Positions 1 through 10,386 of a stretch of DNA of 32,000 nucleotides are shown here, piece by piece. Below the pieces are notes generated by a model, which saw only the letters and a list, made by a program, of their open reading frames with translations, was not told where the DNA came from and made no database searches. The stretch covers positions 210,001 to 242,000 of the forward strand of contig NZ_CP046577.1 in the NCBI RefSeq assembly GCF_013365435.1, read 5' to 3'. The translations under genes were made by a program, and so were the position numbers. Position 1 is the first letter of the stretch; every line of letters begins with the position of its first letter. Origin of the DNA: Wolbachia endosymbiont of Litomosoides sigmodontis (lineage in GTDB: Bacteria; Pseudomonadota; Alphaproteobacteria; Rickettsiales; Anaplasmataceae).

Positions 1-79
1 TATTTAGTTTAATGTAATATTTGTTTTAAACAATACATAAAATGTTTACAATATAGTAATATAAGTATTTTAAGGCGAC

Positions 80-1285
80 ATGAAAATTGACCCTGTAGAG
101 CTAACTAAGGAATTAATTTCCCTTAAGAGTATAACACCGAGAGATGATGGAGCAATAGAGCGTATAGCGGCAATCCTCAAGCAAAGTGGTTTTAATTGTG
201 AGATTTTAGAGTTTGGTGATAATAAAACTAAAGTTAAAAATCTTTATGCGAAGTATGTAAACGGGGTACAAAACTTATGTTTTGCAGGCCATGTTGATGT
301 TGTACCACCAGGTCAATTAAAAGGTTGGACATCTGATCCGTTTAATCCAAAAGTTAAAAATGGTGTGTTGTATGGAAGAGGAGCAACTGACATGAAAAGC
401 GGGTTAGCTGCATTTATTACTGCTATGGTTGATTTGGTTGCAGAAAAATTTCGGTTTAACGGTTCGATAAGTGCATTAATTACCAGTGCTGAAGAAAGCA
501 GAGAAGAATATGGAACAAAGGCTGTTTTGAAATGGATGGAGAGTAAGCACAAAAAGATAGATTATTGTGTAGTTGCTGAACCAACCAGTAGTGAGAAGTT
601 AGGAGATACTGTAAAAATAGGCAGAAGAGGTTCTGCAACATTTGAGTTAGTTTGCCATGGGAAACAAGGGCACGTTGCTTATCCGGATCTAGCAGACAAT
701 CCAATATATAAGATGATATCAATACTGAATAGGATAAAAGATACTACTTTTGATGGTGGTAATGAATATTTTCAACCTTCAAATTGCGAAATTACTACTA
801 TCGATGTTGGAAATAATGCTTATAATATAATACCTGATTCAATAACTGCAAGTTTCAACATTCGATATAATAATATGCAAACACCTAATATTTTATATAA
901 GTTGATTGATGAAATATGCTTCAGTATAACTAACGATTATAAACTCTTTATGCATAACAGCAGAGACGCTTTTCTTTCTATTCCAGATAGAAATACTGAT
1001 ATTATGCTTGATGCAATAAATAGAGTTACAAATATTGATGCTGTGCTGACCACAAGTGGTGGCACATCTGATGCTGCATTTATTAAAGATGTTTGTCCGG
1101 TGATTGAATTTGGGATGGTTAATAAAACTTCACATCAGGTAAACGAGTGTGTATTAGTAAACGATATACATAAATTAACAGCTATATATAGGGAATTTAT
1201 AAAAAATTATTTTTACCCCACTAATAGAATATTAAGTCAGATTAATGTGGTTAGTAATATACCTGACCGTCCATTGTTAGCTTGA
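80..1285 (+). CDS. dapE: succinyl-diaminopimelate desuccinylase (M20 peptidase family)
   Basis: 401-aa ORF with M20/DapE motifs HVDVVPPG, GRGATDMKSG and SAEES. It is DapE-like over its full length. It carries about 22 extra C-terminal residues compared with where E. coli-type DapE ends. Confidence 0.85.
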   Translation: MKIDPVELTKELISLKSITPRDDGAIERIAAILKQSGFNCEILEFGDNKTKVKNLYAKYVNGVQNLCFAGHVDVVPPGQLKGWTSDPFNPKVKNGVLYGRGATDMKSGLAAFITAMVDLVAEKFRFNGSISALITSAEESREEYGTKAVLKWMESKHKKIDYCVVAEPTSSEKLGDTVKIGRRGSATFELVCHGKQGHVAYPDLADNPIYKMISILNRIKDTTFDGGNEYFQPSNCEITTIDVGNNAYNIIPDSITASFNIRYNNMQTPNILYKLIDEICFSITNDYKLFMHNSRDAFLSIPDRNTDIMLDAINRVTNIDAVLTTSGGTSDAAFIKDVCPVIEFGMVNKTSHQVNECVLVNDIHKLTAIYREFIKNYFYPTNRILSQINVVSNIPDRPLLA

Positions 1286-1328
1286 GTGTATTTTAGGCTA
1301 GTAGAGACAGATAATTGGGAAACATCCT

Positions 1329-2250
1329 TATACAATTCTTATTGTTAGTGATTTAAATAAGTGACATTACATGGTGATTTAATTGCGAGTGAGAAAGAGA
1401 GTAATAAATTTGCACAAGATACCTTCGAGCAAAGCAATTGTATTATAGACTTTATTGTGTAAAATATTCTATTTTATATAGAACCAAAATCTTTCAATAG
1501 AATTAAGCTTTGATGGGTGTATAATCTCGATATTTTAAAGTATTTTTAAATTTTTAACTTATGTTAACGAATACAATATGTGATAAGAAAGGTTTCTGTA
1601 TTCTTAAATATTGTGACATTTATTCAAGAAATATGTTCATACAATCAGTTTGGTATTCAGTGTAAATAAGCTAGAACCTTCTTCATTTCTAAGATTAACT
1701 GCGCTGTAGAGATCAAAATTTTATCTACTTAAAAATTTCACTTTAACCTGTGTTTTAACGCCCTTTTAAAACCACCGTATCCAAATACTGAATATATACA
1801 AAGCTTTAGTTCATCAAAGGTGAATAACTTTTGTTTAGGATACTTATCAATAATCTCATTAAGTTTTTTTTAACTCTTTTTGCTTGCTTTTATCTTGTTC
1901 ATTTTGAATTGATCTTGGCGTAATATACGAAAACTTCATTTTTTGCATATTGCGGTGTACTGTAGTCTTGCTGACATTCAAATCAAATTTTTTCTGGATT
2001 CTTATTATTATTTCTTTAATGGTAATATTAGGGTTTTCTTGTATCTATGCTTTAACTTATTCAAAGTGACTTTGATTCAAGCTAATTTTTCTATAACGTT
2101 GGGTGAGTAAACAATAGCATTTCTTCTGCTGATTACACGACTTTTTCATTCAATAATTTTGACTTCAAATGCCATTTAAACTTCGTTATTTTACTTACTT
2201 TAAGTAAGGCTTCTTTTCCATTATTATTCATCCGTTTTAAGTTTACCTAC
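1329..2250 (-). mobile_element. decayed IS630-family insertion sequence (relic A)
   Basis: Starts with the family right-end terminus TATACAATTCTTATTGTTAGTG in reverse orientation. It is homologous along its length to the ~1.09-kb copies at 15390-16479 and 18494-19577. Reverse-strand translation gives transposase fragments full of stops. About 150 bp is deleted in the 5' third. The left terminus is degraded, so the end coordinate is approximate. Confidence 0.8.
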
Positions 2251-2639
2251 AAGCTTTTGACAAAACTGTTTAAAATCTATCGCTATGTCATTTATATTTG
2301 TTAAATGTTACACTGCGCTTGTAGAGAATTCTTTATCTAGATAATTTATAATAGATGCGATTAGATAATCAACATTACTCAATACTAGAGTATCAATTGC
2401 ATGATTCATGAGACAATTTCTACTAATAGTATCGGTTAATCATTCTATAATAGCTCGCGTTCAATTATTTATTTCAATTGTATATTACACTGTATTATAG
2501 TGTGTAGACTTTATTTAACTAAAGTCAAGATTTTTATAGTTTTATCAATACTTCTTGTTTATCTTATGTTTTACTCTCTAAACAAGATTTAATGACTGGA
2601 ACCAAGTGGTATTTCTATTTCTTGATTTGAGGCTCTTTT

Positions 2640-3440
2640 TTAGCACTTATAATTAAGTTCTGCGTCCAATAGAATTTTCAAAACTAGATAAGTGTTTTTG
2701 TTATGCAAAGTATTCAATAATCCTTTTTTTATGTTTTTTTGAATTCTAATCTTATTGTGCCTTAAATTCTCTTGCAGTACCATTTAGATGGTTTCTATAT
2801 TCATAATTTCTAATATCAGTTTTCATATCTAAGTGCGTAAGCAACATTTTTACTATATCCTTAATTCCAATCTAGCAAGTAATATGCAAGGCTGTATTTT
2901 CCACATTAAAGGTTTAAATAGACTCCACTATACCCATCATAAGTGAATTAAGTATACATGCTCACCTTGAGCATTTACACTATTTTTTACAACTTGGTCA
3001 TTATTATAATATCTGTGATACCTAGCCGCACCTCTAGCTACTTCTTGCCACAAGATAAATATATCGGACGCCTAAATTAATTTTTCCTCTGTCTTTACTT
3101 ATGAAAAAGATTGCCTACTTTGAGTATTAATATAAATATTTCTGTTTTGTATAAGCAATTTAATCATTTCTTTTAGTGCATATTGTTATTGCTCTAGCTG
3201 TGTAGGTATTAGCAACAGATATCAAAAATATTATACCTTCTTTATCAAATGCATTAACATCAGCATCTTCTGCTATAGTAAGTTAAAATCTTCTAGGTTT
3301 TCATTATCAATAACCTGAAATAGCTTTTGTGTTGATTTATTAAGTAGTTCAGGAAGTGCTAAACTAAATCACTAACTTAGTAGTATCTCTGTCCTATTAC
3401 TGTGCATATCAAATCTACTGCAACAATCTGCTATCACCAT
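2640..3440 (-). pseudogene. ankyrin-repeat protein pseudogene (frameshifted, many stops)
   Basis: Reverse-strand translations give ankyrin-like strings split across frames. Examples are LLIAEDADVNAFDKEG (about 3243-3290), MIKLLIQNRNIYINTQ, and ENTALHITC*IGIKDIVKMLLTHLDMKTDIRN (about 2800-2910). No ORF of 60 aa or more is listed in the supplied ORF track anywhere in 2250-3520. Boundaries are uncertain, and the gene may extend to a stop near 2308. Confidence 0.5.
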
Positions 3441-3520
3441 ATCGCGAAAAGAGAAAATAGCGATGAATCTCCTTTTCTTCTTTAAAAAGTGATCTTGTAC
3501 ATTTTTTATTTTTTAATTTT

Positions 3521-4477
3521 TTACTCACTTGCGCATTCTAGAAATTTCTCTGCATCAAGTGCAGCCATGCACCCTGTACCTGCTGCAACCACTGCTTGGC
3601 GATATACCTTATCTTGAACATCACCTGCAGCAAATACTCCTGCTCTACTAGTTAAAGTTGTTCCAGGTTTTGTAATTATATAGCCCTGCTCATCCATTTT
3701 AACAAAACCCTTAAAAATACCTGTATTTGGTGTACACCCAATTGCAATGAATACTCCATCCACTTTCAATTTCTGGATTTTATCAGTTTCTGTTGATCTA
3801 ATTATAACATCAGTGACTTTCTTTGGATTCTCTTTTCCAAGAATTTGTTCTATGACATGATTCCACATAACTTTTATTTTATTATTTGCGAAGAGCCTGT
3901 CTTGCATTATCTTTTCCGCTCTCAATTTGTTGCGCCTGTGTATTAATATAACTTCTTTAGCAAATCTAGTTAAGAATATTGCCTCTTCAACGGCAGTATT
4001 TCCTCCACCAACCACAGCTACAATCTTGTTTCTAAAAAATGCACCATCACAAGTTGCACATGCTGAAATTCCGTAACCTTGAAATTTCTTTTCACTCTCC
4101 AAATTAAGCCACTTAGTTTGTGCACCAACTGCAATTATAACTGCATCTGAATAGTAGTTATTAATATTACCAGAAGACTTAAATCTAGCCTCATTAGGCT
4201 TCTCAAGCTGTTCAACGCTCTTCATTTCATCATCTACTATTTCTGCTCCCATCTTTTCTGCATGTAACCTCATTTGTCCCATTAATTCTGGACCTTGTAT
4301 TGAAACAAAACCAGGGTAATTCTCAACATCCGTAGTAATTGTAAGCTGACCACCAGGCTGCATCCCTGTTACTACAACTGGCTTCAAGTTTGCACGTGCT
4401 GCATATATAGCAGCAGTGTAACCTGCTGCTCCAGACCCAATAATAAGAACTTTTGTACTGAATCTATAATTCTTCAC
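3521..4477 (-). CDS. trxB: thioredoxin-disulfide reductase
   Basis: 318-aa ORF with FAD motif GSGAAG, redox-active CATC in ACATCDGAFF, and NADPH motif GGGNTAVEEA. Confidence 0.92.
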   Translation of the reverse strand: MKNYRFSTKVLIIGSGAAGYTAAIYAARANLKPVVVTGMQPGGQLTITTDVENYPGFVSIQGPELMGQMRLHAEKMGAEIVDDEMKSVEQLEKPNEARFKSSGNINNYYSDAVIIAVGAQTKWLNLESEKKFQGYGISACATCDGAFFRNKIVAVVGGGNTAVEEAIFLTRFAKEVILIHRRNKLRAEKIMQDRLFANNKIKVMWNHVIEQILGKENPKKVTDVIIRSTETDKIQKLKVDGVFIAIGCTPNTGIFKGFVKMDEQGYIITKPGTTLTSRAGVFAAGDVQDKVYRQAVVAAGTGCMAALDAEKFLECASE

Positions 4478-5078
4478 TGTATGAGTTTAGATAATCAGCC
4501 ACTCCTTCATTACTTGCTTGCATTGCTGGTTTGCCTTTCTTCCACCCAGCTGGACATACTTCGCCATGCTCTTCGTTATGTTTAATTGCATCAACAATTC
4601 TAATAAATTCATCTATATTACGCCCTAGGGGCAAATCATTTATTGATTGGTGACGCACAATAAATTTATCATCAATAACAAAAGTTGCCCTTAGTGCAAC
4701 TGAGTCATCATATAACACTCCATAGTTTCTTGATATAGATTTTTTGATATCAGCTACTAAAGTGTAACTAATTTCTCCGATACCTCCATCACTAACTGGA
4801 ATTTTTCGCCATTGATGATGTGAGAATTTTGAATCTACACTTATTCCTATTACTTCAATGTCACGCTTTGCAAACTCACTTATTCTGTTATTCAATGATA
4901 TCAATTCAGTCGGACAAACAAAGGTAAAATCAAGTGGATAGAAAAGAAGGACAGCATATTTACCTTTTATGTGCTCACTCAGACAGAAGTTATCAACGAT
5001 TTCTCCATCAGGAAGAACAGCTGAAGCAGTAAAATCGATGGCAGATTTTGTCACAAGATTCATAATTAACCTATTCAT
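4464..5078 (-). CDS. typical 2-Cys peroxiredoxin (AhpC/TSA family)
   Basis: 204-aa ORF with the peroxidatic Cys in FTFVCPTE and the resolving Cys in EVCPAGW. Its 3' end overlaps the trxB start by 14 nt, so the two are probably co-transcribed. An alternative ATG start lies at 5063. Confidence 0.88.
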   Translation of the reverse strand: MNRLIMNLVTKSAIDFTASAVLPDGEIVDNFCLSEHIKGKYAVLLFYPLDFTFVCPTELISLNNRISEFAKRDIEVIGISVDSKFSHHQWRKIPVSDGGIGEISYTLVADIKKSISRNYGVLYDDSVALRATFVIDDKFIVRHQSINDLPLGRNIDEFIRIVDAIKHNEEHGEVCPAGWKKGKPAMQASNEGVADYLNSYSEEL

Positions 5079-5093
5079 TTTAAAACATTTTTA

Positions 5094-5122
5094 ATTTTAC
5101 TCTTTGAGAAGTTTACATGCAA
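5094..5122 (-). promoter_or_regulatory. candidate sigma70-type promoter for the peroxiredoxin-trxB pair
   Basis: On the minus strand this reads TTGCAT, a 17-nt spacer, then TAAAAT. It ends about 15 nt upstream of the ATG at 5078. It lies in the 67-bp spacer between the gene and the IS terminus. This is a pattern match only, in AT-rich DNA. Confidence 0.2.
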
Positions 5123-5145
5123 GTTTTCTTTAATTTTGCTCATCT

Positions 5146-5560
5146 AATACCAATTTTCACTGCACAAAAGGAACGAGTAGATAGTAATGAAAAAGAAGCC
5201 ATATTGAAGTAAGTAAAATAGCGAGATTTAAACAAAAATAACATTGAAACCAAAATTATTGGATAAAAAATTCGTAGAATCAGCAAAAAGAATATTGAAT
5301 AAAGCTGAAATAACGTATATGCTCAAAAAAAACAAATGCTGTAATTGCAGCAAAAAAGCCTAGTATAACAGGGCATAACAAAAATATATTTTCTTTTTAA
5401 GAATGAGACTAACTGCATAAATAAAGCACTTAGAATTTGGAAGAGAAAAAAAATTGTTGCCCTTACTCAAGGTTGTAGAAAAACTAAATTGAATCAGAAT
5501 TAATTTGAACAAGTTGAAGCATGGATATAAGGAAATTTTAGTTTTACCATTAAAGAAATG
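5146..5560 (+). mobile_element. IS630-family relic B, outer copy, 5' ~415 bp
   Basis: Starts with the left terminus AATACCAATTTTCACTGCACA. It is collinear with the first ~415 bp of the full-length copies, then is interrupted by the right terminus of an oppositely oriented copy. Confidence 0.8.
5148..5527. repeat. left arm of ~380-bp inverted repeat (pairs with 6101-6478)
   Basis: Manual alignment to the reverse complement of 6101-6478 gives about 17 substitutions plus a few 1-2-bp indels, roughly 95% identity. One 60-bp stretch is identical. Confidence 0.8.
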
Positions 5561-6479
5561 ATACTAATCTCACTGTTAATAGGTCCAAATAGTGACATTG
5601 CAAAGTTGTTTAATTGTGGAGTGAAGAAGAAAGGCAATAATAAATTTGTACAAAGTGCTCTTAAGCAAGGCAATTGTATTATAAACTTTATAGAGATATA
5701 TTCATATAATCAGTGTTGAATATTCGATGCAAATAAGCTGAGACTCTTTTCATTTTTAAGATTAACTGTTGTGCTATAGAGGTAAAAATTTTGTCTACCT
5801 AATTTTACTTTAATTTGTGTTCTAACACCCTTTTTTAAACCGCCTGTATCCAATTTTCGAATGTGTACCAAGCTGTGATTCATCGAAGAAAAATAATTCT
5901 TATTCAGGGTACTTATCAATAAGCTCATTAAGTTTTTTTAAACTCTTTTTATCTATCTTATTATGAATTGGCCTTGACTGTAATATACGAAAATTTCATT
6001 TTCTCATATTATAATATACTGTAGTCTTGCTGACATCTAAGCTAAGTTTTTCCTAAATTCTTATTCTTATTTTTTAATAAAAATATTGAGATTTTCTTGT
6101 CTCCATGCTTCAATTTATTCAAATTGATTCTAATTCAAATCTAGTTTTTCTACAACCTTGAGTAAGGGCAATAATTTTTTTCTCTTCCAAATTCTAAGTA
6201 CTTTATTCATGCAGTTAGTGTCATTCTTAAAAATGAAATATATTTTTGTTATGCCCTGTTATATTAGGCTTTTTTGCTGCAATTACAGCATTTGTTTTTT
6301 TGAACATATGCGTTATTTCAGCTTTATTCAATATTCTTTTTGCTGATTCTACGAATTTTTTATCCAATAATTTTGGTTTCAATGTTATTTTTGTTTAAAT
6401 CTCGCTATTTTACTTACTTCAATATGGCTTCTTTTTCATTACTGTCTACTCGTTCCTTTTTTGTGTAGTGAAAATTGGT
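5561..6479 (-). mobile_element. IS630-family relic B, inner copy (near full length, ~175-bp internal deletion)
   Basis: Runs from the right terminus ATACTAATCTCACTGTTAATAGG at 5561 to the left terminus (reverse complement CCAATTTTCACTACACA) at about 6478. The 72-aa ORF 5710-5928 translates as FSSMNHSLVHIRKLDTGGLKKGVRTQIKVKLGRQNFYLYS, which is IS630 transposase-like. Confidence 0.8.
6101..6478. repeat. right arm of ~380-bp inverted repeat (pairs with 5148-5527)
   Basis: See the left arm. A 573-bp spacer separates the two arms. Confidence 0.8.
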
Positions 6480-6533
6480 TAAACAACTCTGCAATGTTAC
6501 TTATTTGACCTAATAATAGTGAGAATTAGTATA
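6480..6533 (+). mobile_element. IS630-family relic B, outer copy, right-end 54-bp fragment
   Basis: TAAACAACTCTGCAATGTTACTTATTTGACCTAATAATAGTGAGAATTAGTATA matches the last ~54 bp of the full-length copies in forward orientation. Confidence 0.75.
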
Positions 6534-6601
6534 ACAACTAATAGCAAAACGCCGGTACTGTTTATTATAGTAAAAATACTATATATTCAAATAGTAGTGT
6601 T

Positions 6602-9061
6602 TCAATGTTTGAGCATTTCTAATTTAGGAAAATCATCTTCTCTATTTTTTATAGAGGAAGAAGGTGCACTGCTTTCACTATTACTTTCAATTGGAGTAGT
6701 AGGCCGTATTAAAGCAATTTTTACAACTTCATCAATGTTCTTAACAAAAACTACGTTGACCTTTTCTTTAATATTTGCTGGAATTTCTTGTATATCCTTT
6801 TCATTTTCGCTAGGTATGATCACAGTTTTGATCGATCCTCTGAGCGCTGCAAGTAACTTTTCTCTTAGTCCTCCAATAGCTAAAACTCTACCACGTAATG
6901 TCACCTCACCTGTCATAGCAACATTTTTGTTAACTGGTATGTTTGTCATAAGAGAAACAATAGACGTACATACTGCACTACCAGCAGAAGGACCATCCTT
7001 TGGTACAGCACCCTCAGGTAGATGTAAATGTATATCATTATTTTGGAATTTTTTAGGTTTTATACCAAAAAACAGACAATTTGATCGAATATAACTATAT
7101 GCAGCCTTTATAGATTCTTGCATGATCTCTCCAAGCTTTCCTGTGTATTTTATTTCTCCCTTGCCAGGAATTAGGACTGATTCTATCATTAAAATATCAC
7201 CACCTGTTTCAGTATAGGCAAGTCCAGTTACTACTCCCACTAAATTATCTTTTTCTGCAGTACCAAAGGTGTATTTACGCACTCCTAAATAATCTTGTAA
7301 GTCATCAATTCTTACAGATATCTTCTTATTTTGACCTGCTAGTATTTCTTTAACTGCTTTTCTCATGAGCTTTGCAAGCTCCCTTTCCATACTACGGACA
7401 CCACTTTCACGTGTATATAAGCGTATCAATTCATATAGTGCATCATTAGTTATGCTCCATTCTTTCTGACGCAAGCCATGCTCTTTTTTTAATTTGGGAA
7501 TTAGATGATGTTTAGCAATGCTAATTTTTTCATCTTCGGTATAACCAGATAATTGTATAACCTCCATCCTATCACGCAAAGGGTGTGGTAAATTTAAACT
7601 ATTTGCCGTAGCTACAAACATTACACTTGAAAGATCAAACTCAACTTCTAAATAATGATCAGTGAAGTGCTTATTATGTTCAGTATCCAAAACTTCAAGC
7701 AATGCAGATGCAGGATCACCACGCGAATCAGAACCCATCTTATCTATTTCATCAAGCAAAAAAAGTGGATTACATGAATTAGCTTTTTTCATATGCTGAA
7801 TGATTTTGCCAGGCATTGAACCAATATAAGTTTTTCTATGGCCACGTATCTCAGATTCATCACGTACACCACCAAGAGCTATGCGGACAAAGTCCCTTCC
7901 TACTGCCCTTGCCATAGACTTAGCTAAAGAAGTTTTACCAACACCAGGTGGTCCAACTAAACAAAGTATAGGACCTCTTATCTTTTTTACTCTCTTTAAT
8001 ACCGCTAAAAATTCTATTATCCTATCTTTTACTTTCTCTATACCATAATGATTTTCATCTAGGATCTTTTTAGCTGCATTTAAATTAATCTTCGTATCTT
8101 TGTACCTTCCCCATGGCAGATCAAGCAACCAATACAGATAATTAGATATAACCGTAGCTTCAGGAGAAATAGGATTCATTTTTTTATATTTCTTTAACTC
8201 AGTCATAGCTTTTTCCTTTGCTTCTTGAGAAAGCTTTGTTTCATTTATCTTTTTTTCAAATTCATTTATTATATTTCCATCATCCCCATTCTCAAATTCG
8301 CCAAGTTCTTTCTGTATGGCTTTTAACTGTTCATTAAGGTAGTAAACTTTCTGAGTGCTTTCAACTTGTGACTTAATCGTTTTACATAAACGATTTTGTG
8401 CGTTTAAAATACTTATTTCTCTTTCAATAAAAGCAAAAGCTTTTTCTAAACGCTCTCCCAGATCATAAGTTTCAAGTATACTTTGTTTATCTGATGCTTT
8501 TATATTTAAATACGAAATTACCGTATCCACAAGTTGATCAATTTCTTTAATTTGCTCAACAGGATTAACAATAATTTCAGGATGATTTTTTTTATTTAGT
8601 TTACACCAGCTATCAAACGCATTTATAACAGCACGCCTTAAAGCTTCCAGATCAACATTATCCTCACTTTCCTCACATTTATGATAACTATCTAACTCTA
8701 CTCTAGCTTGTAGTAAAGCATGAGAGTTAATATACTCTATAACTCTTCCCCTCCTTATTCCTTGGATTATAACTTTTACTGCATTGTCAGGTAATTTTAT
8801 CAACGGATGTACAATATTTGCCAACACACCCACTCCATACAGATCTTTTGGCTCTGGGTTATCAATAGAGCTGTCTTGCTGTGCTACGAGAAAAATCTCA
8901 TTTTGACGACTGCAATTATTAATTGCATACTCTAGTGCATTAATAGATTTTTCCCTGCCTATAAATAAAGGTACCATTATATTTGGAAAAATTACTACAT
9001 CTCTTAAAGGTAATACTGGCAATGTAGCAAAACCAGAATCTACAGCACATTCAACGTTCAT
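6602..9061 (-). CDS. lon: ATP-dependent Lon protease
   Basis: 819-aa ORF with an N-terminal LON substrate-binding domain, Walker A GPPGVGKTS, and the catalytic-Ser motif PKDGPSAGSA. Confidence 0.95.
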   Translation of the reverse strand: MNVECAVDSGFATLPVLPLRDVVIFPNIMVPLFIGREKSINALEYAINNCSRQNEIFLVAQQDSSIDNPEPKDLYGVGVLANIVHPLIKLPDNAVKVIIQGIRRGRVIEYINSHALLQARVELDSYHKCEESEDNVDLEALRRAVINAFDSWCKLNKKNHPEIIVNPVEQIKEIDQLVDTVISYLNIKASDKQSILETYDLGERLEKAFAFIEREISILNAQNRLCKTIKSQVESTQKVYYLNEQLKAIQKELGEFENGDDGNIINEFEKKINETKLSQEAKEKAMTELKKYKKMNPISPEATVISNYLYWLLDLPWGRYKDTKINLNAAKKILDENHYGIEKVKDRIIEFLAVLKRVKKIRGPILCLVGPPGVGKTSLAKSMARAVGRDFVRIALGGVRDESEIRGHRKTYIGSMPGKIIQHMKKANSCNPLFLLDEIDKMGSDSRGDPASALLEVLDTEHNKHFTDHYLEVEFDLSSVMFVATANSLNLPHPLRDRMEVIQLSGYTEDEKISIAKHHLIPKLKKEHGLRQKEWSITNDALYELIRLYTRESGVRSMERELAKLMRKAVKEILAGQNKKISVRIDDLQDYLGVRKYTFGTAEKDNLVGVVTGLAYTETGGDILMIESVLIPGKGEIKYTGKLGEIMQESIKAAYSYIRSNCLFFGIKPKKFQNNDIHLHLPEGAVPKDGPSAGSAVCTSIVSLMTNIPVNKNVAMTGEVTLRGRVLAIGGLREKLLAALRGSIKTVIIPSENEKDIQEIPANIKEKVNVVFVKNIDEVVKIALIRPTTPIESNSESSAPSSSIKNREDDFPKLEMLKH

Positions 9062-9076
9062 AATACATGTCTCAAG

Positions 9077-10357
9077 TTAATCATTAACTGTTATAACATT
9101 GCCCTTGTTATTATGATTAATCACTGCTTTTCCTAGTTCTACCATTTCCTTAGTGATTATTATTGTACTGCTCTCAAAGCCTCCATTTCCAGCTGTATAC
9201 ATAACATCAAGTAAAAGTGATTCTAAGATAGCACGTAACATTCTTGCACCTGTTTTATAACTCATTGCTTTTTCAGCAATAGCAGATATTGCTTCATCTG
9301 AAAATTCAAGATTTACCTTGCTAAAAGCAAGTAGAGCTTTATATTGCTTTATTAGTGCATTTCTTGGCTCTACTAATACATGTACTAAATCTTCATGATC
9401 TAGCTCATCTAAAACAGCAGTTATTGGAACCCGCCCTACGAATTCTGGTATTAAACCAAATTTGATCAAATCTTCAGGTTGAACATCATGCAAAGCATTC
9501 TTTTTCTTTTGCTCTTTAGATTGACTTATATCTGCTCCAAAGCCAACTGACGTTCCCTTTTTTCTTGCTTCAATAATTTTATCCAGACCTTCAAAAGCTC
9601 CTCCACAAATAAATAATATGTTGTTGGTATCTACTTGTATAAACTCTTGTTGTGGGTGTTTTCTTCCACCTTGTGGTGGAACATAAGCAACTGTTCCTTC
9701 CATGATCTTGAGCAAAGCTTGCTGAACTCCCTCACCTGAAACGTCACGTGTTATTGAAGTGCTTTCAGATTTTCTTGTAATTTTATCTATCTCATCTATA
9801 AACACTATACCACGCTGTGCTTTTGCAACATCATAATTTGCAGCTTGCAATAGACGTGATAACACGCTTTCCACATCATCACCTACATAACCTGCTTCGG
9901 TCAAAGTTGTTGCATCAGCCATAGCGAATGGTACATCTGAAACTTTAGCAAGTGTTTTGGCTAGTAAAGTTTTACCAGAACCAGTAGGACCAATGAGCAT
10001 CACATTCGATTTTTCAATTTCAATATCACTTATAGCATTAAATTGTGCCATGGACTGACAATGGTTATACATAGCCACAGACAAAACATATTGTGCATGC
10101 TCTTGACCTACAACGTGCTTGCTAAGAAAATTTTTTATATCTTCAGGCTTTTTTAGTAACAACTTCACATCAGATATATAATCTGAATGAAAAGATCCAC
10201 CTTTTTTTTGACTTATTGCTTTATGGGATAATTCTATGCACTCATTGCAAATAAACACTTTTAAACTGTCGGAAGAATTAGTAATCAACTTATCTACTTC
10301 GTTTTGTGCCTTGTTACAAAAAGAACAGTAGTGTAAATCATCATTGTTGTTATCCAT
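9077..10357 (-). CDS. clpX: ATP-dependent Clp protease ATP-binding subunit ClpX
   Basis: 426-aa ORF with an N-terminal C4 zinc finger (CSFC...CNEC), Walker A GPTGSGKT, and the ClpX-type IGF-loop region. Confidence 0.95.
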   Translation of the reverse strand: MDNNNDDLHYCSFCNKAQNEVDKLITNSSDSLKVFICNECIELSHKAISQKKGGSFHSDYISDVKLLLKKPEDIKNFLSKHVVGQEHAQYVLSVAMYNHCQSMAQFNAISDIEIEKSNVMLIGPTGSGKTLLAKTLAKVSDVPFAMADATTLTEAGYVGDDVESVLSRLLQAANYDVAKAQRGIVFIDEIDKITRKSESTSITRDVSGEGVQQALLKIMEGTVAYVPPQGGRKHPQQEFIQVDTNNILFICGGAFEGLDKIIEARKKGTSVGFGADISQSKEQKKKNALHDVQPEDLIKFGLIPEFVGRVPITAVLDELDHEDLVHVLVEPRNALIKQYKALLAFSKVNLEFSDEAISAIAEKAMSYKTGARMLRAILESLLLDVMYTAGNGGFESSTIIITKEMVELGKAVINHNNKGNVITVND

Positions 10358-10386
10358 TAACTCACCTTTTGTTCAATTTTAATATT

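Noticed and set aside
313-722. Two minus-strand ORFs of 79 and 80 aa.
   Set aside because: They are antisense to dapE and have no motifs.
6519-7094. 191-aa plus-strand ORF.
   Set aside because: It lies entirely antisense to the well-supported lon gene. Its sequence is low-complexity and rich in Ser/Leu/Phe, typical of a shadow ORF.
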